Source: Candidatus Omnitrophota bacterium (GTDB lineage Bacteria > CAIJMQ01). Taken from it: DNA of 64,000 nucleotides. Shown one piece after another: positions 34,443 to 44,817 of this stretch (within the stretch, counting starts at the first letter, position 1; every line of letters begins with the position of its first letter). The position numbers were made by a program, and so were the translations under genes. The notes under the pieces are model-generated. The model worked only from the letters and a program-made list of their open reading frames with translations. It had not been told where the DNA came from and ran no database searches. The DNA is taken from assembly GCA_018812925.1 (NCBI GenBank), contig JAHJCU010000008.1:70744-134743 (forward strand), written 5' to 3'.

Positions 34443-35543
34443 ATGAAAAAATTAATTCTGCCCACGCACCAGTATCACCATTACCACAATGGCAAACGAT
34501 GTGGGGTTTCGCCACAATATAAAACAACACATAAAAAAACACTGTGTATCTTAAACCTTGTGGCTACACTTTTACTGCTTCCTATCATCCTATTAGGATT
34601 TGGATTCTCTAAAAAGACATATCTTCTTATGGGAACTTTTGTGGAAATAACTCTTCCGCAGAAAAACAACAAAGTCATCAATGAAACCTTAGAAGCAATG
34701 CATGCACTGGAAGATGAGCTAAGCATTTATAATAAGGAAAGCCAAATAAACCGCATAAATTCTCTGAAAAAAGACAACCTGCAGAAAACTTCTCCCGAAG
34801 TTTATGAAGTTATCCAAAAAGCCATTTATTTCAGTAAACTGACAAACGGCGCCTTTGACATAACGGTTTCCCCTCTTCTTAAACTCTGGGATTTTGAAGG
34901 AGGAGAATTAAAAGAAATACCATCACAGGAAAAAATAGACGAAGCGCTAAGAAATATCGGCTGGCAAAACCTAATATTTACTAAAGACGGGAAAATTGGT
35001 TTTGCAAAAGATAATATGAGCATAAACCTCGGCGGAATTGCAAAAGGGTATATTGTGGATAAGGCTATATCCTATTTAAATGCAAAAGGAATAAAATCAG
35101 CACTCATAAATGCGGGAGGAGATGTTTATTGTCTCGGCGAAAAAGAAAATGGGGAATCTTGGAATGTCGGCATACGTCATCCAAGAAAAAAGAAGGGAGT
35201 TATAGGAATATTAAAACTAAAAAATAAAGCAGTAGCCACTTCAGGCGATTACGAAAAATTTTTCACTTTGAAAGGAAAAAAGTTTTGTCATATAATTAAC
35301 CCTCAAACTGGCTATCCTGTAGATAGCGCCATAATTCAAGTCACAGTAGTTGCGGAAACTTGCATCGATGCAGACGCGTTGGCAACGGCTTTAATGGTTA
35401 TGGGAAAAGAAAAAGGAATAGAATTGATAGAAAAACTCGCCAATACCGAGGTCGTTATAATAGAGGAAAAGGAAGGAAAACTCGATATAAGTTATACTAA
35501 AGGGTTGGAAGAAATTATTGAAATAAACAAGGGTAATTGGTAA
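34443..35543 (+). CDS. apbE: FAD:protein FMN transferase (ApbE family)
   Basis: MGTFVEITL, GAFDITVSPL, GGIAKGY, SGDYEK and DALATA motifs. N-terminal TM/anchor. The last codons (GNW*) lie inside the GTAA repeat. Confidence 0.88.
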   Translation: MKKLILPTHQYHHYHNGKRCGVSPQYKTTHKKTLCILNLVATLLLLPIILLGFGFSKKTYLLMGTFVEITLPQKNNKVINETLEAMHALEDELSIYNKESQINRINSLKKDNLQKTSPEVYEVIQKAIYFSKLTNGAFDITVSPLLKLWDFEGGELKEIPSQEKIDEALRNIGWQNLIFTKDGKIGFAKDNMSINLGGIAKGYIVDKAISYLNAKGIKSALINAGGDVYCLGEKENGESWNVGIRHPRKKKGVIGILKLKNKAVATSGDYEKFFTLKGKKFCHIINPQTGYPVDSAIIQVTVVAETCIDADALATALMVMGKEKGIELIEKLANTEVVIIEEKEGKLDISYTKGLEEIIEINKGNW

Positions 35544-35738
35544 CTTGTAAATTGCCCCGTGGAATCTACAAGATTCCCGGGACCAAAGTCCTTGAGATTG
35601 CTCAGCAATCTCTAAGGGTAATCCGTAATTTTTCTATTGTTAGTTATTTGTTTATTACTATTTATGAATTACTGATTACTGTTTACGATTCTTGAATTAC
35701 CATTTACCAATTACTATTTACGCTTTACGATAAATACT
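35531..35738. repeat. GTAA/TTAC heptamer-periodic array carrying the 65-nt element
   Basis: gggtaattggtaacttgtaaatt [65 nt] gtaatccgtaattttt ... gaattac tgattac tgtttac gattctt gaattac catttac caattac tatttac gctttac. Confidence 0.8.
35554..35618 (+). repeat. 65-nt three-hairpin element, copy 2
   Basis: Differs from copy 1 at only three positions, all in or closing the hairpin loops. Lies 11 nt after the apbE stop. Confidence 0.85.
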
Positions 35739-37040
35739 ATGTTTAAATTACGTCCTTTTATAGGCGGTGTTCATCCGCCGGAAAACAAACATTTAAGTTG
35801 TGATAAAGAAATAATACCCATTCCCGCGCCTGAAATATTGTTTTTTCCTTTAAGCCAACATACAGGCGCACCGTGCCAGCCCGTAGTTCAAAAAGGCGAC
35901 AAAGTAAAAAGAGGAACCTTAATAGGAACTTGTGAAAAACTTATATCAAGCCCTATTCATTCGTCTGTTTCGGGAACTGTAAAATCTATAGAGAATAGTT
36001 CGCATCCCGTAATCGGAAGATTTCAATCCATTGTAATAGAAAACGATAAACAGGATTTAACCGAAGAATCTATTTCTCCTAAAAAAAACACCGAGAATCT
36101 TTCGGCAGATGAAATAATAAAAATCGTAAGAGATGCCGGCATAGTCGGACTCGGAGGCGCGGCATTTCCCACACACGTTAAGTTGTCCCCGCCAAAAGAA
36201 AAGGTTATCAAAACCTTCATAGCAAACGGTGCTGAATGCGAACCATATTTAACCTGCGACCAACGCCTTATGCAGGAAATGGGGAAAGAAATAGTCGAAG
36301 GCATCAAGTTAGTAAGAAAGATTCTAAACTCCGAAAGATGCATTATTGCAATAGAAAACAATAAACCTGACGCAATAGAACAGATAAAAGAATTAACTCG
36401 AAACGAGAATATAGAAGTAATAGCCATAAAAGTGAAATATCCTCAAGGCGGAGAAAAACAACTTATTAAGACGGTTTTAGGCAAAGAAGTCCCGTCGGGT
36501 GGACTACCTATGGATGTGGGTGTTGTAGTTCATAATGTCGGAACTCTGTTGGCTATTTACGAAGCTGTTAACTTTGGTAAACCATTATATGAAAGGGCAA
36601 TAACCGTAACAGGCGCAGTAAAAAATCCAGGCAATTATTTAGTTAGAATTGGAACACCCGTAAAAGATATTCTTGATTTCTGCCAAGTAGATTGGGATAA
36701 CATAGGTAAAATAATTTTAGGCGGGCCAATGATGGGCATATCCCAACAAGACATCCAAACTCCCATAATAAAAGGAACAAGCGGAATACTTGTCCAAACT
36801 AAAGACGAAATAACGCAAGACGAAGAGTTTTCGTGCATAAGATGCGCAAAATGCATAGAAGTTTGCCCCGCATATCTTCTTCCCACACAGATTGCAAAAG
36901 TGGTAAAAGCCGAAAAATGGGAAAGATTAAGCCAGTTACATATAAAAGATTGTATAGAATGCGGTTGCTGCACTTATGTATGTCCTTCCAAAATCCCCCT
37001 AGTTCAATATATTAAATTAGGAAAAATCAAGACAAAATAA
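35739..37040 (+). CDS. RnfC-like electron transport subunit (SLBB domain plus two 4Fe-4S motifs)
   Basis: GGVHPPENK start, GLGGAAFPTHVK, CIRCAKCIEVCP and CIECGCCTYVCPS. No other rnf genes are adjacent. Confidence 0.82.
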   Translation: MFKLRPFIGGVHPPENKHLSCDKEIIPIPAPEILFFPLSQHTGAPCQPVVQKGDKVKRGTLIGTCEKLISSPIHSSVSGTVKSIENSSHPVIGRFQSIVIENDKQDLTEESISPKKNTENLSADEIIKIVRDAGIVGLGGAAFPTHVKLSPPKEKVIKTFIANGAECEPYLTCDQRLMQEMGKEIVEGIKLVRKILNSERCIIAIENNKPDAIEQIKELTRNENIEVIAIKVKYPQGGEKQLIKTVLGKEVPSGGLPMDVGVVVHNVGTLLAIYEAVNFGKPLYERAITVTGAVKNPGNYLVRIGTPVKDILDFCQVDWDNIGKIILGGPMMGISQQDIQTPIIKGTSGILVQTKDEITQDEEFSCIRCAKCIEVCPAYLLPTQIAKVVKAEKWERLSQLHIKDCIECGCCTYVCPSKIPLVQYIKLGKIKTK

Positions 37041-37098
37041 TCCCCTATCCACTTCTTTTGATGTTTAACGAGTTTTTAGATAAACTTATAAATAATAA

Positions 37099-37182
37099 AC
37101 CGATTCTAGATGATAGATACTCGTAGAAACAAATAATTTATTAACAAGCATCAAGAATCTAGAATCAAGTATCTAGTATTCT
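37099..37182. repeat. CTAGAT-word palindromic repeat, copy C (in the ribD leader)
   Basis: aaccgattctagatgatagatactcgtagaaacaaataatttattaacaagcatcaagaatctagaatcaagtatctagta. Confidence 0.8.
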
Positions 37183-37202
37183 ATTTTCAAATTCCAGATT
37201 AT

Positions 37203-38345
37203 ATGAAGAATAAAACGGACACCAAATTCATTAAAGAGGCATTGGCTCTCGCAGTAAAAGCCGAAGGGCTCACGTCCCCCAATCCTTTGGTCGGCGCTGT
37301 TATCGTAAAGGGGAACAAAATTATCGGAAGAGGTTATCATAAAAGAGCAGGTTCTAAGCACGCTGAAATCCTTGCCCTTGAATCAGCAGGAAAGCCTGCC
37401 CACCAGCCCGCTACGAAGCTGGCAGGCAACCGAAAGGCAGGCGGGAAAACAAAAGGAGCTACTCTGTATATCAACCTTGAGCCATGCGCTCATTACGGTA
37501 AAACACCGCCCTGCGCTCCCGAAATAATAAAAGCAGGTATAAAAAGAGTTGTAATAGCTATGCCGGACCCAAATCCTTTGGTCAATGGTAAGGGGATAAA
37601 GAAACTTAAATCCGAAGGGATAGATGTACAAGTCGGTATCCTTGAACAGGATGCTAGAAAAATAAACGAAACATATATCAAATATATGACTAAAAAAATG
37701 CCGTTTGTAGTTTTGAAATGGGCTATGAGCTTAGACGGTAAAATAGCCACTCGTAAAGGCAATTCAAAATGGATTTCAGGGAAGGCTTCCAGAGAATTCA
37801 CACAAAAATTAAGAGGTAAATTCGATGCGGTTCTAATAGGGATAGAAACACTTCTTAAAGATAACCCTCAACTTAACACTCACGGTTTGGAAATAAAAGA
37901 ACCAAAAAGAATAATTATTGACAGTAAAGGAAGAATCCCTTTGGATTGCAATCTGTTAAAAACTAAAGGTGGACAGATTATAATTACCACAACAGATAAA
38001 ATAAGCAAAAAGAAAATAAGAGATTTGAAGGAAAAAGGAGCAGAGATTATAGTTATTTCTTCAAAAGAAGGCAGAGTCGACTTAAAGAAACTTATGATAG
38101 AATTAGCCAAACGAGAAATTACATCTATATTGGTTGAAGGCGGCGGAACAATAAATGCTTCATTTATAGAAAATGCCTTGGCAGATAAATTTGTGGCATT
38201 TTTATCTCCTATGATAATCGGCGGTAAAAACGCAATTTCCCCTGTAGAAGGAAAAGGAATAGAAAAAATAGCCAATGCTGTAAGAATCCGCGACTTATCT
38301 ATAAGGAAAATGGGAGAAGATGTAGTAATGGAAGGATATTTATAA
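37203..38345 (+). CDS. ribD: bifunctional riboflavin biosynthesis deaminase/reductase
   Basis: HAEILAL ... LEPCAHYGKTPPC zinc motif and a C-terminal reductase domain. Carries an about 17-20 aa insert between the two halves of the deaminase motif. Confidence 0.92.
   Translation: MKNKTDTKFIKEALALAVKAEGLTSPNPLVGAVIVKGNKIIGRGYHKRAGSKHAEILALESAGKPAHQPATKLAGNRKAGGKTKGATLYINLEPCAHYGKTPPCAPEIIKAGIKRVVIAMPDPNPLVNGKGIKKLKSEGIDVQVGILEQDARKINETYIKYMTKKMPFVVLKWAMSLDGKIATRKGNSKWISGKASREFTQKLRGKFDAVLIGIETLLKDNPQLNTHGLEIKEPKRIIIDSKGRIPLDCNLLKTKGGQIIITTTDKISKKKIRDLKEKGAEIIVISSKEGRVDLKKLMIELAKREITSILVEGGGTINASFIENALADKFVAFLSPMIIGGKNAISPVEGKGIEKIANAVRIRDLSIRKMGEDVVMEGYL
37395..37445. repeat. nested GC-rich palindromic elements inside ribD, in-frame (51 nt)
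   Basis: cctgccca ccag [cccgctacgaagctggcagg] caaccgaaagg caggcggg, encoding PAHQPATKLAGNRKAGG. Confidence 0.8.
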
Positions 38346-38360
38346 ATCGTCAGAAAAATA

Positions 38361-38424
38361 ACGGTTATAGGTTATCGGTTATCGTAAAAAAACGAAAACC
38401 GAATACCGAAAACCGCTAACCGAT
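38361..38424. repeat. CGGTTAT/CGAAAAC heptamer-periodic hairpin, copy 2 (ribD-ribE spacer)
   Basis: cggttat aggttat cggttat cg taaaaaaa cgaaaac cgaatac cgaaaac cgctaac cg. Confidence 0.8.
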
Positions 38425-38434
38425 TAGTTGAAAC

Positions 38435-39067
38435 ATGTTCACCGGAATAATTGAAGAAATAGGTAAAATATCTAAAATAGAAAAGAGCGGCAATGTTTGG
38501 ACCTTTACCGTTAACGCGCCCAAGATATGCAAAGACGGTAAAAACGGTGACAGCATATCCGTTGACGGAGTTTGTCTTTCCGTAACGGATATACAAAAGA
38601 ACACGTTCAAAGTGCAAGCTATACGCGAAACATTAGAAAAAACTACGCTTTTAAGTTTTAAAGAAAACAGGAGCGTAAACCTTGAAAGAGCGGTAAAACC
38701 TACAGACAGATTGGGAGGACATATTCTCACAGGACATATTGACGCGATAGGAGAAATAATTGAAAAAAGCAAAGGGGAAACTTTTAGTTTGAGAATAGAA
38801 TCTCCCCTACCCCTAATGAAATATATAGTCCCAAACGGCTCTATAGGAGTCGACGGAATAAGCTTAACCATAAAAGAAGTAGAGACTTCTTCGTTCAAAA
38901 TTACTATAATTCCATATACAACATCTTTTGCTACGATAGGAATAAAAAAGATAAACGATAAAGTAAACCTCGAAGTAGATATACTGGCAAGATATGTAGA
39001 AAAGGCCATATCTGAGAAAAGAGAAATAATTACATCTGAATTTCTAAAAGAAAAAGGATTTCTATGA
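38435..39067 (+). CDS. ribE: riboflavin synthase
   Basis: MFTGIIEEIG start and an internal duplicated lumazine-binding repeat (GDSISVDGVCLS / NGSIGVDGISLT). Confidence 0.92.
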   Translation: MFTGIIEEIGKISKIEKSGNVWTFTVNAPKICKDGKNGDSISVDGVCLSVTDIQKNTFKVQAIRETLEKTTLLSFKENRSVNLERAVKPTDRLGGHILTGHIDAIGEIIEKSKGETFSLRIESPLPLMKYIVPNGSIGVDGISLTIKEVETSSFKITIIPYTTSFATIGIKKINDKVNLEVDILARYVEKAISEKREIITSEFLKEKGFL

Positions 39068-40272
39068 AATTTACAAAGGTTAAAGACGCGGCAGAGCAAC
39101 TCAAAAAAGGCAACTTCGTTATCATTGTAGATGATGAGGACAGAGAAAATGAAGGAGACCTTATAATAGCCGCAGAGTTTGCGACAGCTGAAAAGATAAA
39201 TTTCATGACAAAGTACGGCAGAGGTATGATATGCATGCCAATAACAAAACAGAGGGCGACAGAGCTGAATCTGCACCAGATGGTTCCAGAAGACAAGAAC
39301 ACAGAAGTCACCCGGTGTAAGTTTACTGTTTCTGTTGATGCAAAAAAAGATACAACTACAGGCATATCTGCACATGACAGAGCAACAACTATAAAAACAA
39401 TTCTAAATCCAAAAACAAAACCGGATGACCTTGCAAGACCCGGACATATATTCCCTCTTCAAGCAGAAGATGGAGGAGTTCTAAAAAGAGCAGGCCATAC
39501 AGAAGCAACAATTGACCTTGCCAAACTACTCGGGCTTAAACCAGCAGGGGTTTTGTGCGAAATTATGAACGACAATGGCACAATGGCGCGCCTGCCACAG
39601 CTTCAGAAATTTTCCGAACAATTTAATATTCCATTATGCACAATAAAAGATTTAATAGCATTCAGAATAAAGGAAGAAAAATTAATAAAAGAAGTGCTTA
39701 CGACTAATCTGCCGACACCACATGGAGACTTTAAACTTGTCCTTTATGAATCTCTCATTAATCAGGAAAATTATCTTGCACTTATAAAAGGAGATGTAAA
39801 AGGCAAACAAGATGTTCTTGTAAGAGTTCACTCACAGTGTCTTACAGGAGACGTTTTTGAGTCATTAAGATGCGATTGTGGCAACCAACTTCGAGATGCT
39901 CTGACAATGATATCCAAAGAAGGCAAAGGCGTTTTACTTTATATGCCGCAGGAAGGAAGAGGTATAGGATTAGCCAACAAATTAAAAGCCTATGTTCTGC
40001 AGGATAAAGGAAGAGATACAGTAGAAGCAAATGAAGATTTGGGTTTTAAAGACGATTTAAGAGATTATGGTATGGGTGCGCAAGTTCTGGTAGACTTGGG
40101 GCTTTCTACTATAAGACTCTTAACAAATAACCCGAAGAAAATTGTGGGTTTACAGGGGTATAAATTAAAAGTTACACAAAGAGTTCCAATAGAAACACCC
40201 ATTAACAAACGCAATATTTCCTATCTCAAAACAAAAAAAGAAAAAATGGGACACTTATTGAAAAAGATATAG
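39064..40272 (+). CDS. ribBA: bifunctional 3,4-dihydroxy-2-butanone-4-phosphate synthase / GTP cyclohydrolase II
   Basis: [19 protein letters not shown] and [17 protein letters not shown] motifs. Confidence 0.93.
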   Translation: MKFTKVKDAAEQLKKGNFVIIVDDEDRENEGDLIIAAEFATAEKINFMTKYGRGMICMPITKQRATELNLHQMVPEDKNTEVTRCKFTVSVDAKKDTTTGISAHDRATTIKTILNPKTKPDDLARPGHIFPLQAEDGGVLKRAGHTEATIDLAKLLGLKPAGVLCEIMNDNGTMARLPQLQKFSEQFNIPLCTIKDLIAFRIKEEKLIKEVLTTNLPTPHGDFKLVLYESLINQENYLALIKGDVKGKQDVLVRVHSQCLTGDVFESLRCDCGNQLRDALTMISKEGKGVLLYMPQEGRGIGLANKLKAYVLQDKGRDTVEANEDLGFKDDLRDYGMGAQVLVDLGLSTIRLLTNNPKKIVGLQGYKLKVTQRVPIETPINKRNISYLKTKKEKMGHLLKKI

Positions 40273-40312
40273 TAAAATAACTAAAAACGAGTATAAAAAA
40301 AGGGAGGTTAAA

Positions 40313-40780
40313 ATGATTAAAACATATAAAGCTGATTTAGTGGTTAAAGGTAAAAAAATTGCTCTGATATGTTCTCGTTTCAACGAATTTATTACGGGCA
40401 AACTCCTTGACGGCGCAATAGACACACTTACACGACATGGCGCAAAAGAAAACGAGCTCGAAGTGTTTTGGGTCCCGGGTTCATTTGAAATCCCATATCT
40501 CGCCAGCAAACTTGCACAGAAGAAAAAATACGATGCGATTATCTGCTTAGGCACAGTAATAAAAGGTGACACATCACACTGGGAACACATAGCGAAAGAA
40601 GTGACTAAAGGCATAGCTCAAATTTCTCTTGCAACAGGTATACCTGTGATTTACGGAATACTCACTCCTGATACACTCGAGCAGGCAATTGAAAGAGCAG
40701 GAACAAAATCTGGCAACAAAGGCAGAGACGCCGCATTAGCAGCTATTGAGATGGTTAATTTGTTCGGACAGATAAAGTAA
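40313..40780 (+). CDS. ribH: 6,7-dimethyl-8-ribityllumazine synthase
   Basis: 155 aa with [21 protein letters not shown] and [12 protein letters not shown]. Confidence 0.93.
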   Translation: MIKTYKADLVVKGKKIALICSRFNEFITGKLLDGAIDTLTRHGAKENELEVFWVPGSFEIPYLASKLAQKKKYDAIICLGTVIKGDTSHWEHIAKEVTKGIAQISLATGIPVIYGILTPDTLEQAIERAGTKSGNKGRDAALAAIEMVNLFGQIK

Positions 40781-40819
40781 AGCAGTTTTAAGTCATAAGT
40801 AATAAGTTTTAAGTAACTG
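40781..40819. repeat. TAAGTT heptamer array after ribH
   Basis: cagtttt aagtcat aagtaat aagtttt aagtaac tg. Confidence 0.65.
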
Positions 40820-40863
40820 ATAAAAAACTGTTAATAAACGGTCTTTGATTTGATGGGAAACAT

Positions 40864-41310
40864 ATGAGCTCAAGACGAAAAGCAAGAGAATTGGCTTTGA
40901 AGGTTCTTTATCAGAATGATTCTATGCCCCATGATGGGACAGAACCACTTTCTACTTGGAAAGACACATTCAAGTATCTGACTGATATTATGGATATTGA
41001 TAAAGAAGAGAAGAAGTTTGCAAAAGAACTGGTAGAAGGAACTTTAAAAAACATTGAGTTGATTGATCCCAAAATCTCCGAATTTTCTAAACATTGGAAA
41101 ATCTCGAGAATTTCCGTAGTTGACCGAAACATTATGCGTATTGCCTGTTACGAGATGCTATTTTCAGAAAAAGTCCCCCATGCAGTATCTATCGACGAAG
41201 CAATAGAGCTAAGCAAAAAATATTCTGCAACAGAAAGTAAATCATTCATAAACGGCGTTTTGGATGGGATATGTAAGGACTTACAAAAAAAATCAAAAAT
41301 AAAAAATTAA
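40864..41310 (+). CDS. nusB: transcription antitermination factor NusB
   Basis: SRRKARELALKVLYQ start and a DRNIMRIACYE motif. Confidence 0.9.
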   Translation: MSSRRKARELALKVLYQNDSMPHDGTEPLSTWKDTFKYLTDIMDIDKEEKKFAKELVEGTLKNIELIDPKISEFSKHWKISRISVVDRNIMRIACYEMLFSEKVPHAVSIDEAIELSKKYSATESKSFINGVLDGICKDLQKKSKIKN

Positions 41311-41350
41311 AATGTAAAATGACAAATTAAAATTCAAAATTTTACATTTT
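41309..41350. repeat. AT-rich 12-bp hairpin AAAATGTAAAAT / ATTTTACATTTT built from heptamer words, nusB-mutS spacer
   Basis: Read directly. Confidence 0.6.
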
Positions 41351-41362
41351 GATATGTAATTT

Positions 41363-43978
41363 ATGGAAGATAAAAACTTCACCCCCATGATTCAGCAGTA
41401 TCTTACGCTGAAGAGTAAATATCCAAGCGCCATACTTTTTTTCCGTCTTGGGGACTTCTACGAAACATTCTTTGAAGACGCTAAAATCGCTTCAAAAACC
41501 CTGCAAATTGTCCTCACAGCAAGAGACGGAGGCAATAAAAAAAAGGTTCCAATGGCCGGTATTCCACACCACGCAGTTGAAGGATATCTGGCAAAACTCA
41601 TACGAGCCGGGCATAAAGTTGCAATATGCGAACAGATGGAAGACCCCAGAAAAGCAAAAGGATTGGTCAAAAGAGAAGTAGTGCGAGTTATTACTCCCGG
41701 AACAATAGTCGAATCGTCTCTGTTGGAAGATAAAGGCAATAATTACATTCTTTCTTTCCGCCCCGACAAAGATAAAGTAGGTTTCTCTTTTCTTGATTGT
41801 TCCACAGGCGAATTCAAAGTTTCCGAAGTTTCACTTGATGAATTCATAATAGAAGTTTCCCGTCTTTCTCCGTCAGAATGTCTACTACCTGAATCGATCG
41901 CAAAAGATAATGATTGGCAAAACAATCTCAATCATAAAATACGCACCTTTACACCCTACCCCGATTATAATTTTTCACCCGATGTCGCCACACAAACACT
42001 AAAAGAACATTTCAACGTTTATTCTTTGGACGGACTTGGACTCCGCGGGTTTAATTTAGGCATCGCTTCGGCAGGCGCGCTTTTGGATTATGTAAAAGAG
42101 ATGGAGAAAACAAAACTGGAACATATAACAAATATAGAACTTTATTCTCCTTCTGACTTTATGCTTCTTGACGAAGACACACAACGTAATTTAGAACTTT
42201 TAAGAACATTTGCGGGAGAAGAACGCAAAGATACCCTTTATTCAATACTCGACTCCACACTCACGCCAATGGGAGGACGGCTCTTAAAAAGATGGATGCT
42301 TAATCCTTTACTGGATGTAAGAACCATAAACAAGAGACTGGAGAGTGTAAAAACTTTTACAAAAAATACACCACTATTAGAAGAATTAAGACAGAACCTA
42401 AAAGAAGTATACGACCTGGAACGTATCATAAGCCGTCTTGATACAAATGTAGCAAAAGGTAAGGACCTTATCGCATTAAAACAATCGTTAAATAAAATCC
42501 CGCAAATCAAACAAGTACTTAAAGAATGCAAGTTGCCACCGTTGTTAAAGGAACTTGCTTCTAATCTTGACGATGTTAAGGAAATCCGCGAACTCATAGA
42601 AAAAGCAATCGTTGATAATCCGCCATATATTTTGACCGAAGGCGATGTCATAAAAGAAGGATATGACAGCGAATTGGACAAGTTAAAAATTGCATCCCGA
42701 GAAGGCAAAACCTGGATTGCAGGGCTTCAGACAAAAGAAAGAGAACGGACAGGAATCAAATCACTAAAAGTAGGTTTTAATAAAATTTTCGGATATTACA
42801 TCGAGATAACATCATCAAATATTTCACAAGCACCATCTGATTATATCCGCAAACAAACTTTAGTTAACTGCGAAAGGTTCATAACTGAAGAACTCAAAGA
42901 CAAAGAATCCCTCATTATCGGCGCAGAAGAAAAAATGAGAGAGCTGGAGTATGAAATTTTTCTACAGGTCCGGCTTCTAATCTTAAAAGAATTAAGCAGA
43001 ATAAAAAATACTGCATCGAACATAGCAAATTTGGATGTTCTTTCTTCACTCGGAGATATTGCGTTAAAAAATGATTACTGCTGTCCCGAAATAACCGAAA
43101 CAGGAAAAATCCAGATAAAAGACGGCAGACACCCCGTGCTGGAAAAAGTTATGCCCAACAACCCTTTTATTCCAAATAACACACTACTTGATGGCAAAGA
43201 CCATCAGTTGATTATCATCACGGGACCCAATATGGCGGGAAAATCTACATACATACGCCAGATTGCTTTAATAGTTTTAATGGCGCAGATGGGCAGTTTC
43301 ATTCCCGCAAAAGAAGCATCAATTTCTGTTGTAGATAGATTATTCACAAGAGTCGGCGCAACCGACGATTTAGCAAGGGGCAGGTCAACATTTATGGTCG
43401 AAATGAACGAGACCGCGCAGATACTGCGAAATGCCACACCTAAAAGTTTAATAATACTTGATGAAGTCGGCAGGGGCACATCTACCTATGACGGCGTATC
43501 AATAGCGTGGGCTGTTGCCGAATATATTCATAATAACCCGAAAATTGCCTGCAAAACATTATTTGCCACACACTATCACGAACTCACCGGTTTGGTTGAT
43601 TTCTTAAAGAAAGCCCAAAACTACAATATTGGTGTAAAAGAATCGGGAGGGAAAATAACATTCATAAGAAAAATACTTCCCGGCGCGCAGGATAAAAGTT
43701 ACGGAATTCACGTGGCCGCTTTGGCAGGAATGCCAGACGAGGTTATAAACAGAGCAAACGATATCTTGAAGAGTTTAGAAAGAGAAAAATTTATATCTTC
43801 AAAGAAAGGTTCGACAAGAACACCGAAAATTAAAATAGACCAACTGACATTCTTCTCTCCTAAAGAAACAAGTCATCCTATAATTGAAGAGATTAGAAAT
43901 TTAAAAGTTGAAGAACTCACCCCGCTGGAAGCCCTGAACAAGTTGAGCGAACTAAAGAAAAAAGCAAAAGAATCGTAA
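41363..43978 (+). CDS. mutS: DNA mismatch repair protein MutS
   Basis: TPMIQQYL..FFRLGDFYE N-terminus, Walker A GPNMAGKST, and DEVGRGTSTYDG. Confidence 0.96.
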   Translation: MEDKNFTPMIQQYLTLKSKYPSAILFFRLGDFYETFFEDAKIASKTLQIVLTARDGGNKKKVPMAGIPHHAVEGYLAKLIRAGHKVAICEQMEDPRKAKGLVKREVVRVITPGTIVESSLLEDKGNNYILSFRPDKDKVGFSFLDCSTGEFKVSEVSLDEFIIEVSRLSPSECLLPESIAKDNDWQNNLNHKIRTFTPYPDYNFSPDVATQTLKEHFNVYSLDGLGLRGFNLGIASAGALLDYVKEMEKTKLEHITNIELYSPSDFMLLDEDTQRNLELLRTFAGEERKDTLYSILDSTLTPMGGRLLKRWMLNPLLDVRTINKRLESVKTFTKNTPLLEELRQNLKEVYDLERIISRLDTNVAKGKDLIALKQSLNKIPQIKQVLKECKLPPLLKELASNLDDVKEIRELIEKAIVDNPPYILTEGDVIKEGYDSELDKLKIASREGKTWIAGLQTKERERTGIKSLKVGFNKIFGYYIEITSSNISQAPSDYIRKQTLVNCERFITEELKDKESLIIGAEEKMRELEYEIFLQVRLLILKELSRIKNTASNIANLDVLSSLGDIALKNDYCCPEITETGKIQIKDGRHPVLEKVMPNNPFIPNNTLLDGKDHQLIIITGPNMAGKSTYIRQIALIVLMAQMGSFIPAKEASISVVDRLFTRVGATDDLARGRSTFMVEMNETAQILRNATPKSLIILDEVGRGTSTYDGVSIAWAVAEYIHNNPKIACKTLFATHYHELTGLVDFLKKAQNYNIGVKESGGKITFIRKILPGAQDKSYGIHVAALAGMPDEVINRANDILKSLEREKFISSKKGSTRTPKIKIDQLTFFSPKETSHPIIEEIRNLKVEELTPLEALNKLSELKKKAKES

Positions 43979-44043
43979 GAGAATTAGACAAATATTTTCT
44001 TATTCAAAAGTAAAAAACTTTTTATTGTAGTTCTTGAATATTT

Positions 44044-44379
44044 TCAACTATGTATTTCGGGAATTTTCTTATTCTGTGCCTTAACCACACCAACAACAAG
44101 AACCCTATCACCAAACCAAATTTTATCCTTCCCGATTTTTTCCATCATTGTTGATCCATTGAATTTCAATAGTACAATATTACGAGTATTACCAACGGTA
44201 TGGCTGGTAACTTCTAATACGGGCTCAGCATATTCAAGATAAATACCTTCGATTTTAATCTTGTGTCCCTCAAAATCTTCGATAGCACTTTTAGTTACTA
44301 AGGTTTTCGGACTATTATTCTCACGAATACAGCCACTAACCAAAATAGAAAAGGCAATTAATGAGAATAGATATTTCAT
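44044..44379 (-). CDS. putative lipoprotein, hypothetical
   Basis: Signal peptide ending LVSGC (lipobox-like). Confidence 0.55.
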   Translation of the reverse strand: MKYLFSLIAFSILVSGCIRENNSPKTLVTKSAIEDFEGHKIKIEGIYLEYAEPVLEVTSHTVGNTRNIVLLKFNGSTMMEKIGKDKIWFGDRVLVVGVVKAQNKKIPEIHS

Positions 44380-44451
44380 TTATATTTTATTCATTAATAT
44401 TCTCTTACAACTTCTTCAAAACCAATTCAGTTGTTATTTTACCTCAACTAC

Positions 44452-44814
44452 TCACCTGGCAAATATCATCTTTAACGCAATCAACAATAACGCCACACCG
44501 AATACCTTTTCTAAAACTACACTTGGTAAATTGGTTGCTATTTTTGCGCCGAATAAACCGCCGATAAAAAAACCCATACAAATAAAGGATGCTATTTTAA
44601 GGTCGACATATCCGTGTTTGTAATATGTCCATGCGGCGAGTATACCGATTGGAGGAACAAGCAAGGCAAGTGTTGTGCCTTGTGCTTGATGCTGGGAAAG
44701 TCCGAATAGAAAAATTAAAGCTGGAACAATAATTACTCCACCGCCTATTCCGATTACTCCGCTTAAAGCTCCTGCAAATAACCCTAAAGCAATATAAAGT
44801 AAAATATTATTCAT
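44452..44814 (-). CDS. TauE/SafE (TSUP) family membrane protein, half-size
   Basis: GALSGVIGIGGGVIIVP motif, 4 TM helices. Confidence 0.78.
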   Translation of the reverse strand: MNNILLYIALGLFAGALSGVIGIGGGVIIVPALIFLFGLSQHQAQGTTLALLVPPIGILAAWTYYKHGYVDLKIASFICMGFFIGGLFGAKIATNLPSVVLEKVFGVALLLIALKMIFAR

Positions 44815-44817
44815 ATT

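Noticed and set aside
38416-39375. 319-aa ORF on the minus strand across ribE/ribBA
   Set aside because: It is entirely antisense to two strongly conserved riboflavin genes. The translation is Cys/Phe/Ile-rich low complexity with no motif, so it is a typical shadow ORF in AT-rich DNA.
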